IMG/VR virus record: IMGVR_UViG_3300044974_001280
Span: 62,001 to 126,000 of that record
Direction: 5' to 3' (one strand)
DNA: 64,000 nucleotides
Below the pieces are notes generated by a model. That model was not told the origin of the DNA. It searched no databases and was given only the letters and a program-made list of their open reading frames with translations. Below are positions 8,795 to 17,339 of the stretch, piece by piece. The position numbers and the translations under genes were made by a program. The stretch's first letter is position 1. Each line of letters begins with the position of its first letter.

Positions 8795-10294
8795 ATGGCA
8801 TCAGAATCTATTGTAATTAATAATTTCGCCCGACCCAGTCTGACCCTGGATGAGCTGGCTGTCCCCAATAGAAGTTCTCCGCCCAACGAGAATGTTTCTA
8901 TCTTAATGGACACTGACGAGAAATCTTTTGGAGGCTATCAGCCAGTTGTATTCATCAATGGTTCTTATGTAGAAAAATTTATTGAATCTTTTGAATTAGA
9001 CATGACTGGATTCATGCCTGTTTTAAGGTTCAAGTTTACTATGGAGGATCCCCTTTTTATTTCAGTAAACTACCCTAAAGACGGTGACGTTGTTTCTGTT
9101 TACCTGAGAAGCTGGGTTTCTGTGTACAAGCCTTTGAGAATGGATTTCAATGTGTTAAAAGTTCAATCTAGCCCTTCGGCCACTTATGAAGGTGAAGGAA
9201 TGACTTTCCAAGTTTTAGGAGAGACCAGAATTCCCAGGCTCTACAATGAGGTCTCTAAGGCTTTTAGAGGTAAAACATCCTATGAAACCCTTTTCGACGT
9301 GTCCCAAGAACTGGACCTAGGATTCTCGAGCAACGAAGCAGAGGTAACAGACGGAATGACTTGGATTTGTCCTAATATGTCCTACTACGATTTTATTCAA
9401 GAAGTTGTGAGCAGGTCATATAAGGACGACAGAAGTTTCTTTTTCTCTTTTATTGATTGTTACTACAACCTGAATTTCATCAATCTCAACAACCAATTGA
9501 CTGCTGATGATCCTCTTCAAACGGCTATGGTCATTCGAGGAATGGGCTCTAGAGAAACTGACGACACCTCTTTTCCAGGAACTGAATTGGTTGAATACGA
9601 GCTCCCTTTATTTCTCAACAACCAAAAAGGAAACAACGATTTGCCCTTTTTTATTACTGGCTACACCCTATTGTCGGATGCCGGCAACATTGCAAACAGA
9701 ACTGGTTACGTCCAGGAAGTACAATTTTGGGACGAGGGTTTAGAAGCCGAAGACCAGTTGGAGAAATACATTAAATACACCATTGAGAGTATCACAACTG
9801 AGAATGTGGGTGAAAACATGATTCTCCAAAAAGGAAGACCGAAAGAAAAAGATTATCAGAGGGAATACCGCAAAAACTGGTACGGGGTTCTGAATAATTT
9901 TGAGGACGGTGGGGTGCATCAAAATTTCATCCAGGCTCTAGCCCAAAACACCCTGAATCTAGAGGATGTAAGTAAGTTTGTGCTCCAGGTAAGGACTGTT
10001 TCTTACTATCCAGGGTTTTACAGAGGTATGGTGCTGCCGGTCGGCATCTACGTTAACAAGCAAGGTCTCAGGAAAGAAAATGTAGGGGTAAACGAAAATC
10101 AAAATCCAGAGCAATCAATCAATCCCGTTTTAGACACTTTTCTCTCTGGTGTTTATGTGCTAATCGGATTCCAGGTCAAATATGATCCTATCAATGGACT
10201 TTATATGCACTTGAATTTAACCAAGAGGGAATGGACACTAAACAGTGCTGGCCAGTTCCCGAAATTTTTTCCAATCAATTTCATTTCGGGATAA
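8795..10294 (+). CDS. baseplate hub protein (gp27/gpD-like)
   Basis: 499 aa between gp53 and spike; C-terminal LSGVYVLIGFQVKY...LNLTKR typical of hub proteins. Confidence 0.5.
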   Translation: MASESIVINNFARPSLTLDELAVPNRSSPPNENVSILMDTDEKSFGGYQPVVFINGSYVEKFIESFELDMTGFMPVLRFKFTMEDPLFISVNYPKDGDVVSVYLRSWVSVYKPLRMDFNVLKVQSSPSATYEGEGMTFQVLGETRIPRLYNEVSKAFRGKTSYETLFDVSQELDLGFSSNEAEVTDGMTWICPNMSYYDFIQEVVSRSYKDDRSFFFSFIDCYYNLNFINLNNQLTADDPLQTAMVIRGMGSRETDDTSFPGTELVEYELPLFLNNQKGNNDLPFFITGYTLLSDAGNIANRTGYVQEVQFWDEGLEAEDQLEKYIKYTIESITTENVGENMILQKGRPKEKDYQREYRKNWYGVLNNFEDGGVHQNFIQALAQNTLNLEDVSKFVLQVRTVSYYPGFYRGMVLPVGIYVNKQGLRKENVGVNENQNPEQSINPVLDTFLSGVYVLIGFQVKYDPINGLYMHLNLTKREWTLNSAGQFPKFFPINFISG

Positions 10295-10297
10295 ATA
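10290..10297 (+). promoter_or_regulatory. putative late promoter GATAAATA
   Basis: Overlaps the stop of the hub gene, 19 nt before ATG 10316; one mismatch to T4 TATAAATA. Confidence 0.55.
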
Positions 10298-10315
10298 CAA
10301 TAAGAAGAACTTACG

Positions 10316-12775
10316 ATGGGTATTCAGGCAACAGATAGAGACAGGACCCTTTTTCTGAAAGGGTTTAAACTTTCAGATCAAGGAAAAAACGAAGACCCTA
10401 CCTATTTAGGTTTTAAATTCGTTTTTGACTTTGGCACCTTGCCCGTCGATCCCACCTACGGTTGGGCCCCGAGTCCTTTGCTCAGAAAAAATAGCTACAC
10501 CTCCGGTAACGGAGCCTCTTTCGCCTCGGGTCTGGAAAATCCATTTGGCCAACCTCAATATGATTTTGGGGGATCTGGAGGACCAATTTATTATTCTGCC
10601 TATGAATATTTGCTGCAAAGAGAAGCTAATTTTGGTCCTTCAAACAGATTAAAAAGGGCTAATGCCTTACTGCAGTTTCAAGGTTTGTTGAACACTATTA
10701 ACACAAATTCACCTTGGTTTTTTCAGTCTATCACAGGGTTAGATTCCCTGAGCCAAGTCCCTATTTCTGGTTTTCAAACGGAAGAAGGATTTGATGATTT
10801 TAACACTCAAAGGACAGCAGGAAAAAAAATCGAGGTAACCTGTTTGGAATCCATCAACCTGAGAATTTCAGCTCTGGCCAATTTGTACAACCAGGCAGTT
10901 TTTGATGCCGATAATATGAGATGGCTGGTACCTCGCAATTTGCGTAAATTCACGATGTGGATTTTTGTGACCGAAATCCGGAATTTCTTTAAGACCTCTC
11001 GATTGACCGGCTCCTCTACGGTTTTAGCCACTCTTGATAATTTGAGTAACGTGCTGACAACCGATAGAAATCCAGGTTCTAACATTAAGACTACAGATTT
11101 ACCTGGCAACTATTCAGTGAACGGAATTGACTTTCAGCCCATAGAAAACATCTCAGGTAATCCTGGTAATTCTTTCACCAGTTTTGTATCAAATGTTTTT
11201 GGTCAATCGGGTTTACAAAATGATGTAGCTGCTTTTAGAAATCAGCAAGACCAAAGTGGTATTAAACCGGTTTTAGTTTACGAGTGTCAACAGTGTGAAT
11301 TCGACTTTAGTAACAGTACTCCTTTAAAATCTTCGGTGGATATGGGAAGTAGCAGCGCCGAACCGGAAGGACAGAGTTTTACTATCCATATTGGTAAAGT
11401 AAGAACCAAGAATCAATATCCTAACATCAGACAAGATAAAAAACCTTTGATTCTGGCAGACGGTGCGACTCAGGATCGTTCCTCTGTCGAAATCAGCGAT
11501 GATTCCCTCTCTGTAGAAGCTATTGCCTCTCTGGGGAATGAGTTGATTACCAATTTTACTTCGGCGGCTGTCAATGATTTAATCAATGAAGGAATCAATC
11601 AGTTCGTTTCCCCAGCCTTAGGTGGGATTAGTCAGGGATTACTAGGAAACATTTATTCATTCAATCCTTCGGAACTCGGTCGTCTGTTCGGCACAAACGG
11701 GTTTACCTTTAACGGGGCCCAAGATTTTCTAAATGGAGCGGCAGACGTGGGCATCGATAACATTTTCAAAGGAGACTTACCAAATCCCCAGAAATTAGGT
11801 CTAGGTGGACCTCCCCAGAGGGTTTATCCTCCTCTGTCTCCACCTGAGGACGTTTATCCTAGAGTGCCCGGAACTGATCAGGGGGTTCCCGATAGAGTCT
11901 ATCCAGCCCCGGGTGGGGATGTTTATTCAAACGTACCTGGAGCAGATCTAGGGGTTCCCGGCAGAGTTTACCCAGCCCCGGGTGGAGATGTTTATTCAAA
12001 CGTACCTGGAGCAGATCTAGGAGTTCCAGATAGAGTCTATCCAGCCCCGGGTGGAGATGTTTATTCAAACGTACCTGGAGCAGATCTAGGGGTTCCCGGC
12101 AGAGTTTATCCAGCCCCGGGTGGAGATGTTTATTCAAACGTACCTGGAGCAGATCTAGGAGTTCCAGATAGAGTCTATCCAGCCCCGGGTGGAGATGCTT
12201 ATTCAAACGTACCCGGAGCAGATCTAGGAGTTCCAGATAGAGTCTATCCAGCCCCGGGTGGTGATGTCTATCAAGATGTACCTGGAGCAGATCTAGGAGT
12301 TCCCGATCGGGTTTACCCAGCCCCGGGTGGTGATGTCTATCAAGATGTACCTGGAGCAGATCTAGGAGTTCCAGATAGAGTCTATCCAGTCCCGGATGGT
12401 GATGTCTATCAAGATGTACCTGGATCAGATCTAGGAGTCCCCGATCGGGTTTATTCTGCCCCTGCTATCAATGTCTATGAAGACCAAATAAATCCCAGTT
12501 CACTACAGCCGGAGAGGATTTATCAGCAAGAACTCCTACAAAACATTGCAGGGGAATTAAGATCTCCTGAAAATTCTTTTTCTCAACCACCAAGTCCGGT
12601 TTACGAATCCCCCAGATTTCAAACCCCCGTCGGAAATTTAGGTCAAATTTATCCCGTAACAGTTGGGGATTTTATCGTAGAACCCCCTCTAAATCTAGGG
12701 AACAATAAACCGGAGAACAAGTTTAATATTAGTTTAGGAACTTTTAATCCTCCACAGGAAGAAGTTGAACCTTAA
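10316..12775 (+). CDS. baseplate/tail-associated structural protein with C-terminal 23-aa Pro/Gly/Val repeats
   Basis: 819 aa; globular N-terminal ~370 aa (EDPTYLGF, PWFFQSITGL, IEVTCLES), then repeat tail; lies in the baseplate cluster. Confidence 0.55.
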   Translation: MGIQATDRDRTLFLKGFKLSDQGKNEDPTYLGFKFVFDFGTLPVDPTYGWAPSPLLRKNSYTSGNGASFASGLENPFGQPQYDFGGSGGPIYYSAYEYLLQREANFGPSNRLKRANALLQFQGLLNTINTNSPWFFQSITGLDSLSQVPISGFQTEEGFDDFNTQRTAGKKIEVTCLESINLRISALANLYNQAVFDADNMRWLVPRNLRKFTMWIFVTEIRNFFKTSRLTGSSTVLATLDNLSNVLTTDRNPGSNIKTTDLPGNYSVNGIDFQPIENISGNPGNSFTSFVSNVFGQSGLQNDVAAFRNQQDQSGIKPVLVYECQQCEFDFSNSTPLKSSVDMGSSSAEPEGQSFTIHIGKVRTKNQYPNIRQDKKPLILADGATQDRSSVEISDDSLSVEAIASLGNELITNFTSAAVNDLINEGINQFVSPALGGISQGLLGNIYSFNPSELGRLFGTNGFTFNGAQDFLNGAADVGIDNIFKGDLPNPQKLGLGGPPQRVYPPLSPPEDVYPRVPGTDQGVPDRVYPAPGGDVYSNVPGADLGVPGRVYPAPGGDVYSNVPGADLGVPDRVYPAPGGDVYSNVPGADLGVPGRVYPAPGGDVYSNVPGADLGVPDRVYPAPGGDAYSNVPGADLGVPDRVYPAPGGDVYQDVPGADLGVPDRVYPAPGGDVYQDVPGADLGVPDRVYPVPDGDVYQDVPGSDLGVPDRVYSAPAINVYEDQINPSSLQPERIYQQELLQNIAGELRSPENSFSQPPSPVYESPRFQTPVGNLGQIYPVTVGDFIVEPPLNLGNNKPENKFNISLGTFNPPQEEVEP
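11897..12449 (+). repeat. 69-bp coding tandem repeat (about 8 conserved copies plus degenerate flanks)
   Basis: CCAGCCCC recurs at 11903 and 11972 (period 69); encodes VYPAPGGDVY(SN/QD)VPGADLGVP(D/G)R. Confidence 0.95.
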
Positions 12776-12793
12776 AACCTTGAGTAATCACAC

Positions 12794-13462
12794 ATGGCAA
12801 ACCCCCGACTTTATTTAGGCCAGATAGTAGATATTGACGACCCTAGAAAATCTGGTCGAGCCCGAATCAGGGTTTTTGGATTATTTGATGGCTTGGAGCA
12901 TGAAGATATACCCTGGGCAAGTCAGATAAGCGGGGTTTCTTTTGGCAGGGGAGGAGCTGGAACCATCTCCATCCCAAAATTGGGATCTATAGTGGTAGTT
13001 CAGTTCGATGGTCAAAATTATTACAAGATGAATTACTACGGGGAGAAGGACTATGCCCAAGACATGCTGGACGAGATAGCAGATTCCTACGAGGGAGCAC
13101 AGGTCATCATGTATGACACCGAGGCTGAGCCTGGATCTTTAACCCTATTTTACACCAAAAAGAAAGGAGCTGTTTTCTCTTTGGGTGATGCCAAAATTCA
13201 ATTTGATACTCAGGATGGGGGCCAGCTTAGAGTAATTATCGAAATGGGTGGAGATCAAATTAGAATGGAGAATAACAAGGTGATCGTCAACTCCAATAAT
13301 ATTGAGCTGGGTGAAGCTGCGGCTCAGGCTCTCATTAAAGGTAACACTTTCCAAGCCTACTTTAATTCACACACCCATATTGGCAATCTGGGCGCTCCAA
13401 CTTCTCCTCCCGTAGTACCTTCTACTCCAGATCATCTATCCACAGTTTCTAAAACAAGATAA
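12794..13462 (+). CDS. baseplate central spike, gp5 N-terminal OB-fold / P2 gpV-like
   Basis: YLGQIVDIDDPRKSGRARIRVFG...IPWA...IPKLGSIVVVQF (gp5 OB fold); C-terminal FNSHTH (HxH apex motif). Confidence 0.85.
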   Translation: MANPRLYLGQIVDIDDPRKSGRARIRVFGLFDGLEHEDIPWASQISGVSFGRGGAGTISIPKLGSIVVVQFDGQNYYKMNYYGEKDYAQDMLDEIADSYEGAQVIMYDTEAEPGSLTLFYTKKKGAVFSLGDAKIQFDTQDGGQLRVIIEMGGDQIRMENNKVIVNSNNIELGEAAAQALIKGNTFQAYFNSHTHIGNLGAPTSPPVVPSTPDHLSTVSKTR

Positions 13463-13464
13463 AA

Positions 13465-16131
13465 ATGTCAGCTCTTCCAGATAGGATTTTATCTCCAGAG
13501 CAAGTTCAGCAGATCGTCGAAAAATCGCTGGAGACCTTCTCGAAAATAACAGGTCAAGATAACTTGAAAAGTTCTTCTCCTCAATTTTTAGGAATTGGGG
13601 TTTTGGTTTTTTTAGAAATTAAAACTTTTGAAAGAACCCTGGCCCTATTATTGTCTCCTCTGATTCTGGGCAATAAAATAGTTTCAGAAGCTTTAACCTT
13701 AGCTAGACCTCTTAGATTTATCAGAGAAAATTTGGGTCAAGTTCAAGAGATAATACAAAATCCGATTCAATTTGTCCTAGATGAAGGTATCAACGATAAT
13801 TTGAAAGATTTTCCCTTTCCGTTATATCTGTGGTGGAAAAAATCAGGTTCCCCTAACATCGAACTTTTAAATGGATTGATAGAAGAAAACTCAGAGCCCT
13901 CCGCATTACCAGAGAGTGAATTCAATTACACTTTGATAACAGGGGATTTTGAAAACCCAGCTCCTGGGTTTATAACTTCGTCGGATCCCGACCCTGCTAA
14001 TCTAACCTCGGTCAAGATCAGTTCTACTAGTATAAATCCAGATGAAAATCCACCTTTGAGTTTTCTACAGCCTGGGGACATCATTTCAATCGATGCTATA
14101 GGTTTTCAAACGGCCTATTCTGTCTCTGCCATCGAAGAACAACCCGGCTATTCTCTCTTGCTCCTGCAGAGGGTTGCCTCAAACTCTCAAGATCTTCCGG
14201 CCACAGACAGAACTGTTTATTCCCCCAATACTCAAAGCTCCTCGATTCGGATCAATCGCAGAATTTCTTTTCGTAGATTTTTAACACCCGAAGGCACCAT
14301 TATTGTTCCTTTCAGTGAACTTGGAATTTTGTTTCCTCTGGTCAGAGACATCTCCCTTGAGATTGGAAATTTCGATAAACTGTCTCCGGACAACCCTTCC
14401 CGTCTTTTGATCGATTTTTTTGAAACCAGAAGTGGTTTAGATTTCAATAAGGTACTTCTAGATATGTCCAAGGGAATTTACCCGGAGATAGATTTGGAGG
14501 CTTTACAGAATGGAGACGAGCTTGAATTTTATAAACAGCAACTCGTCTCTGTGGTTAAATTAGTGGATCTAGGCATTCAGAATCCTTTTTTCTTGGTCAA
14601 AATCATTCTAAATTATTTTGTACTTCTTGCGTTACCTTTCAAGGCCTTAGTTGGAGCCATGTCCCTAGTTGGGCAGAAAATTTTGAACCCTGTTGCTCTT
14701 ATTCAATTTGTCTTCGAAAATTTGGCCGACCCTGGAAAATTTTTCTGCAAAATTCTAGGTCAGTCTTTTATTGATTTTCTTCAGCCCTTGATCGAGCCAC
14801 AGATTCCTGCTGATATCGGGTGGAAAAATTTAGTTCAAGACCCCAATGATTCCAACAAAGGTTTTCTACCTCTTTTTACTGATCTGGTGTGTGGTGACTA
14901 TCAGAGAAAATTATCTCAATATCAGCCCAATGAAGCTTTTTTTGCCCAACAGGGAGCTACGCCAACGTCTCCTGAACCCAATCCAAGTATTCAATTGGAT
15001 TACACCAAGACCGATGATTTTATTCCTTCGGCTGGAGAAATTTCATACGGGGCTTCATCCTTAGCTGAAGTTACGACTTTCAGGGTCAGTACTTCCACTT
15101 CAAACGTGGATTCAAGTACTGCATATTTGCTTTCCTTAAAACCAGGGGATCAATTTTATCTGTCCACTTCGGAGGGTTTCCAGTATTATAGGCTGCAAAA
15201 TAGAACTCTGGTCTCCGGGGAGCAAGCAACTTTCTTTGAACTGAACGTTACCCCAATTTCAGAATCTGTTGTTCTGGAACAAAGATTAGCGGGTTTTAGA
15301 AGCACTGTCGCTCCAACGGGGATAAGTTCAGAACTTCAGGCTTCTTTAAACATCGATAACCCGGATCGAGAATTTTTGTTTATTATAGAAAATTATCTTC
15401 CGCCTAGAGCTATTTTTATCTGGGATGGGATTAAAGGAGTCCTAAGTTTGGCCATAGGGCTGGCAAATACCTCTCCGGCCTTAATCCGAACCATCCTGTC
15501 TGAACTTATCAAATCATCAGGATCTGAACAAATCTCTAGTCCTACGAACGTTTCTGCTTCTCTGGTTGCCTCTTTGATCAACACCAATAGGTTGAATGAT
15601 AGAGGGAATTATGAATCGAACGAGGACCGAGATGCGGCCCGAGAATTTCTTTATGAGTTAGTCGTCCAGAATGGTCCTGACGTTGGTGGATTCATCCAAA
15701 GGTATTTTTCTGATTTGCAACAGTCCAGAACAGAGGAGGGTTTACCAACTGTTGTTTATAAATCCGAGTTAACTCCACCTCAGGCCAATGAACTTTTAAA
15801 GTCCACGTATTCTCTGTCTCAATTGGGAGAACACATCGAGGTTTTGACCCGAATTCTGTATGAATTAACTCCCTATGATAGACCTGGAGATCTCATTCCT
15901 AAATCAACTCCTTTACCGACTGTTTATGCTGTATCTGACCAGGGACTGAGGTATGTTCTGGCAGAAGGGAGTCTTTGGAGAGCCTTTGAAATCTGGAATT
16001 TACTGACAGCAGGAGTGCTTGATCAAACAGAGAACAGAGTTCAGGTGGGCGCTTTCAGACAAGCCGTCCTAAATAATCTGAAATTTATCAATGAAGTTCT
16101 GCTGCCCAAGATTTTTGAAGTTGAGAGTTAA
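13465..16131 (+). CDS. large hypothetical protein with internal duplication and hydrophobic helices
   Basis: 888 aa directly after the spike gene; two helical+beta units (LSFLQPGDII / LLSLKPGDQF). Confidence 0.6.
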   Translation: MSALPDRILSPEQVQQIVEKSLETFSKITGQDNLKSSSPQFLGIGVLVFLEIKTFERTLALLLSPLILGNKIVSEALTLARPLRFIRENLGQVQEIIQNPIQFVLDEGINDNLKDFPFPLYLWWKKSGSPNIELLNGLIEENSEPSALPESEFNYTLITGDFENPAPGFITSSDPDPANLTSVKISSTSINPDENPPLSFLQPGDIISIDAIGFQTAYSVSAIEEQPGYSLLLLQRVASNSQDLPATDRTVYSPNTQSSSIRINRRISFRRFLTPEGTIIVPFSELGILFPLVRDISLEIGNFDKLSPDNPSRLLIDFFETRSGLDFNKVLLDMSKGIYPEIDLEALQNGDELEFYKQQLVSVVKLVDLGIQNPFFLVKIILNYFVLLALPFKALVGAMSLVGQKILNPVALIQFVFENLADPGKFFCKILGQSFIDFLQPLIEPQIPADIGWKNLVQDPNDSNKGFLPLFTDLVCGDYQRKLSQYQPNEAFFAQQGATPTSPEPNPSIQLDYTKTDDFIPSAGEISYGASSLAEVTTFRVSTSTSNVDSSTAYLLSLKPGDQFYLSTSEGFQYYRLQNRTLVSGEQATFFELNVTPISESVVLEQRLAGFRSTVAPTGISSELQASLNIDNPDREFLFIIENYLPPRAIFIWDGIKGVLSLAIGLANTSPALIRTILSELIKSSGSEQISSPTNVSASLVASLINTNRLNDRGNYESNEDRDAAREFLYELVVQNGPDVGGFIQRYFSDLQQSRTEEGLPTVVYKSELTPPQANELLKSTYSLSQLGEHIEVLTRILYELTPYDRPGDLIPKSTPLPTVYAVSDQGLRYVLAEGSLWRAFEIWNLLTAGVLDQTENRVQVGAFRQAVLNNLKFINEVLLPKIFEVES

Positions 16132-16142
16132 TTTTCATTGAG

Positions 16143-16150
16143 GATATATA
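16143..16150 (+). promoter_or_regulatory. putative late promoter GATATATA
   Basis: Motif 26 nt upstream of the S1-like gene. Confidence 0.55.
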
Positions 16151-16175
16151 GAGCGTCATTTTAAACTCTTATCTA

Positions 16176-17339
16176 ATGAATTCTATTTTCGAACTCAAAA
16201 AAATCGAAGTTCCATTTTTTGACTGGTCCATTCCCAATAAATTCAAGGTGAACCAGAAATTAAAAACACACAAAGACTGTAAGGTCTATTGTCATGCCCC
16301 TTATGCCGAAGAGCTTTATCGACACATGATGGGTTCTGTCTCGGGGGTCAATGCAGGAAAAGACCTCGTCCCTGGCAATCTTTACGAATGCCGTGTTTTC
16401 TTAGTAACTGAAACCCACGCCTTGGCTCAGACCAGGGCAGGTCAAACCGTGTATATCGATCTTAAGAAGGAGGACAAAGATGCCCACAGATTGGGTATCT
16501 CGGGTATTGATTTTACCGTGGGTACCGACATTCAAGCCACCGTACGTCAAATTGGCCCCTCTTACTACGGCTCTGTGGTAGAAAGCTACATCCAAGGTCT
16601 CAAGGCAGAGTTTTTCGATCAAATCAAGAAAGAGAGTATTGCCTACGAGGCCAAAGTTGAATCTGTCAATAAAGGAGGTTACATCGTTGATGTAAACGGT
16701 ATTAAGTGTTTTCTGCCTGGGTCTTTAGCTGCTGCTAACAAGATCACCGACTTCGATGCCTACATCGGAAAAACTTTTCACGTCATGATCGATGGCTATG
16801 TTCAAGAAAAGGACATATTTGTTGTTTCTTACAAAAAATACATTCAAAAGATCATGGATCAAAAGATCCAAGAACTAGATCTGATGAAAAAATATAAGGG
16901 GCACGTCACTGGTACTTCGGCCTTTGGAGTCTTTGTTGAGTGGGAAGAAATCTACACGGGATTGATTCATAAAACAGAATTCGAGAATCAGATTGTGATA
17001 GGGTTTAAACCAGGAGACGAGATAGAGTTTTACATCAAAGAAATCAAGGATGACAATAAGGTTACCTTGACTTTTGGAGAACCTATTGAAAAAACCAAAA
17101 AAGTTTACGAGCTCAAAAAGAATGTTGACGAGGGAGTGGCCGAAGTTATCACCGCCTTGGTCAAATACCGCAGAAAGAACGGAGCCTTGATAGAATTAGT
17201 ACAAGAAGGTTTATTGGCTATGATTCCTCAGGACAAACTGGGAAAAGAGAGCAAAAACATGAAGACCGGAGATGAAATTCAAGTTAAGGTTTATGCCGTT
17301 GATCCTGTGATGAATAAAATTTACGCCATGCCAGCCTAA
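16176..17339 (+). CDS. rpsA: ribosomal protein bS1-like multi-S1-domain protein
   Basis: EAKVESVNKGGYIVDVNGIKCFLPGSL...VVSYKK (bS1 domain-2 type), KGHVTGTSAFGVFVE...TGLIHKTEF (domain-3 type) and further OB repeats (GDEIQVKVYAVD); about 4 S1 domains in 387 aa. Confidence 0.8.
   Translation: MNSIFELKKIEVPFFDWSIPNKFKVNQKLKTHKDCKVYCHAPYAEELYRHMMGSVSGVNAGKDLVPGNLYECRVFLVTETHALAQTRAGQTVYIDLKKEDKDAHRLGISGIDFTVGTDIQATVRQIGPSYYGSVVESYIQGLKAEFFDQIKKESIAYEAKVESVNKGGYIVDVNGIKCFLPGSLAAANKITDFDAYIGKTFHVMIDGYVQEKDIFVVSYKKYIQKIMDQKIQELDLMKKYKGHVTGTSAFGVFVEWEEIYTGLIHKTEFENQIVIGFKPGDEIEFYIKEIKDDNKVTLTFGEPIEKTKKVYELKKNVDEGVAEVITALVKYRRKNGALIELVQEGLLAMIPQDKLGKESKNMKTGDEIQVKVYAVDPVMNKIYAMPA

Noticed and set aside
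11897-12449. 69-bp repeats as a CRISPR array
   Set aside because: Units are contiguous with no unique spacers, are a multiple of 3 and lie in frame in an 819-aa ORF; no cas genes are present.
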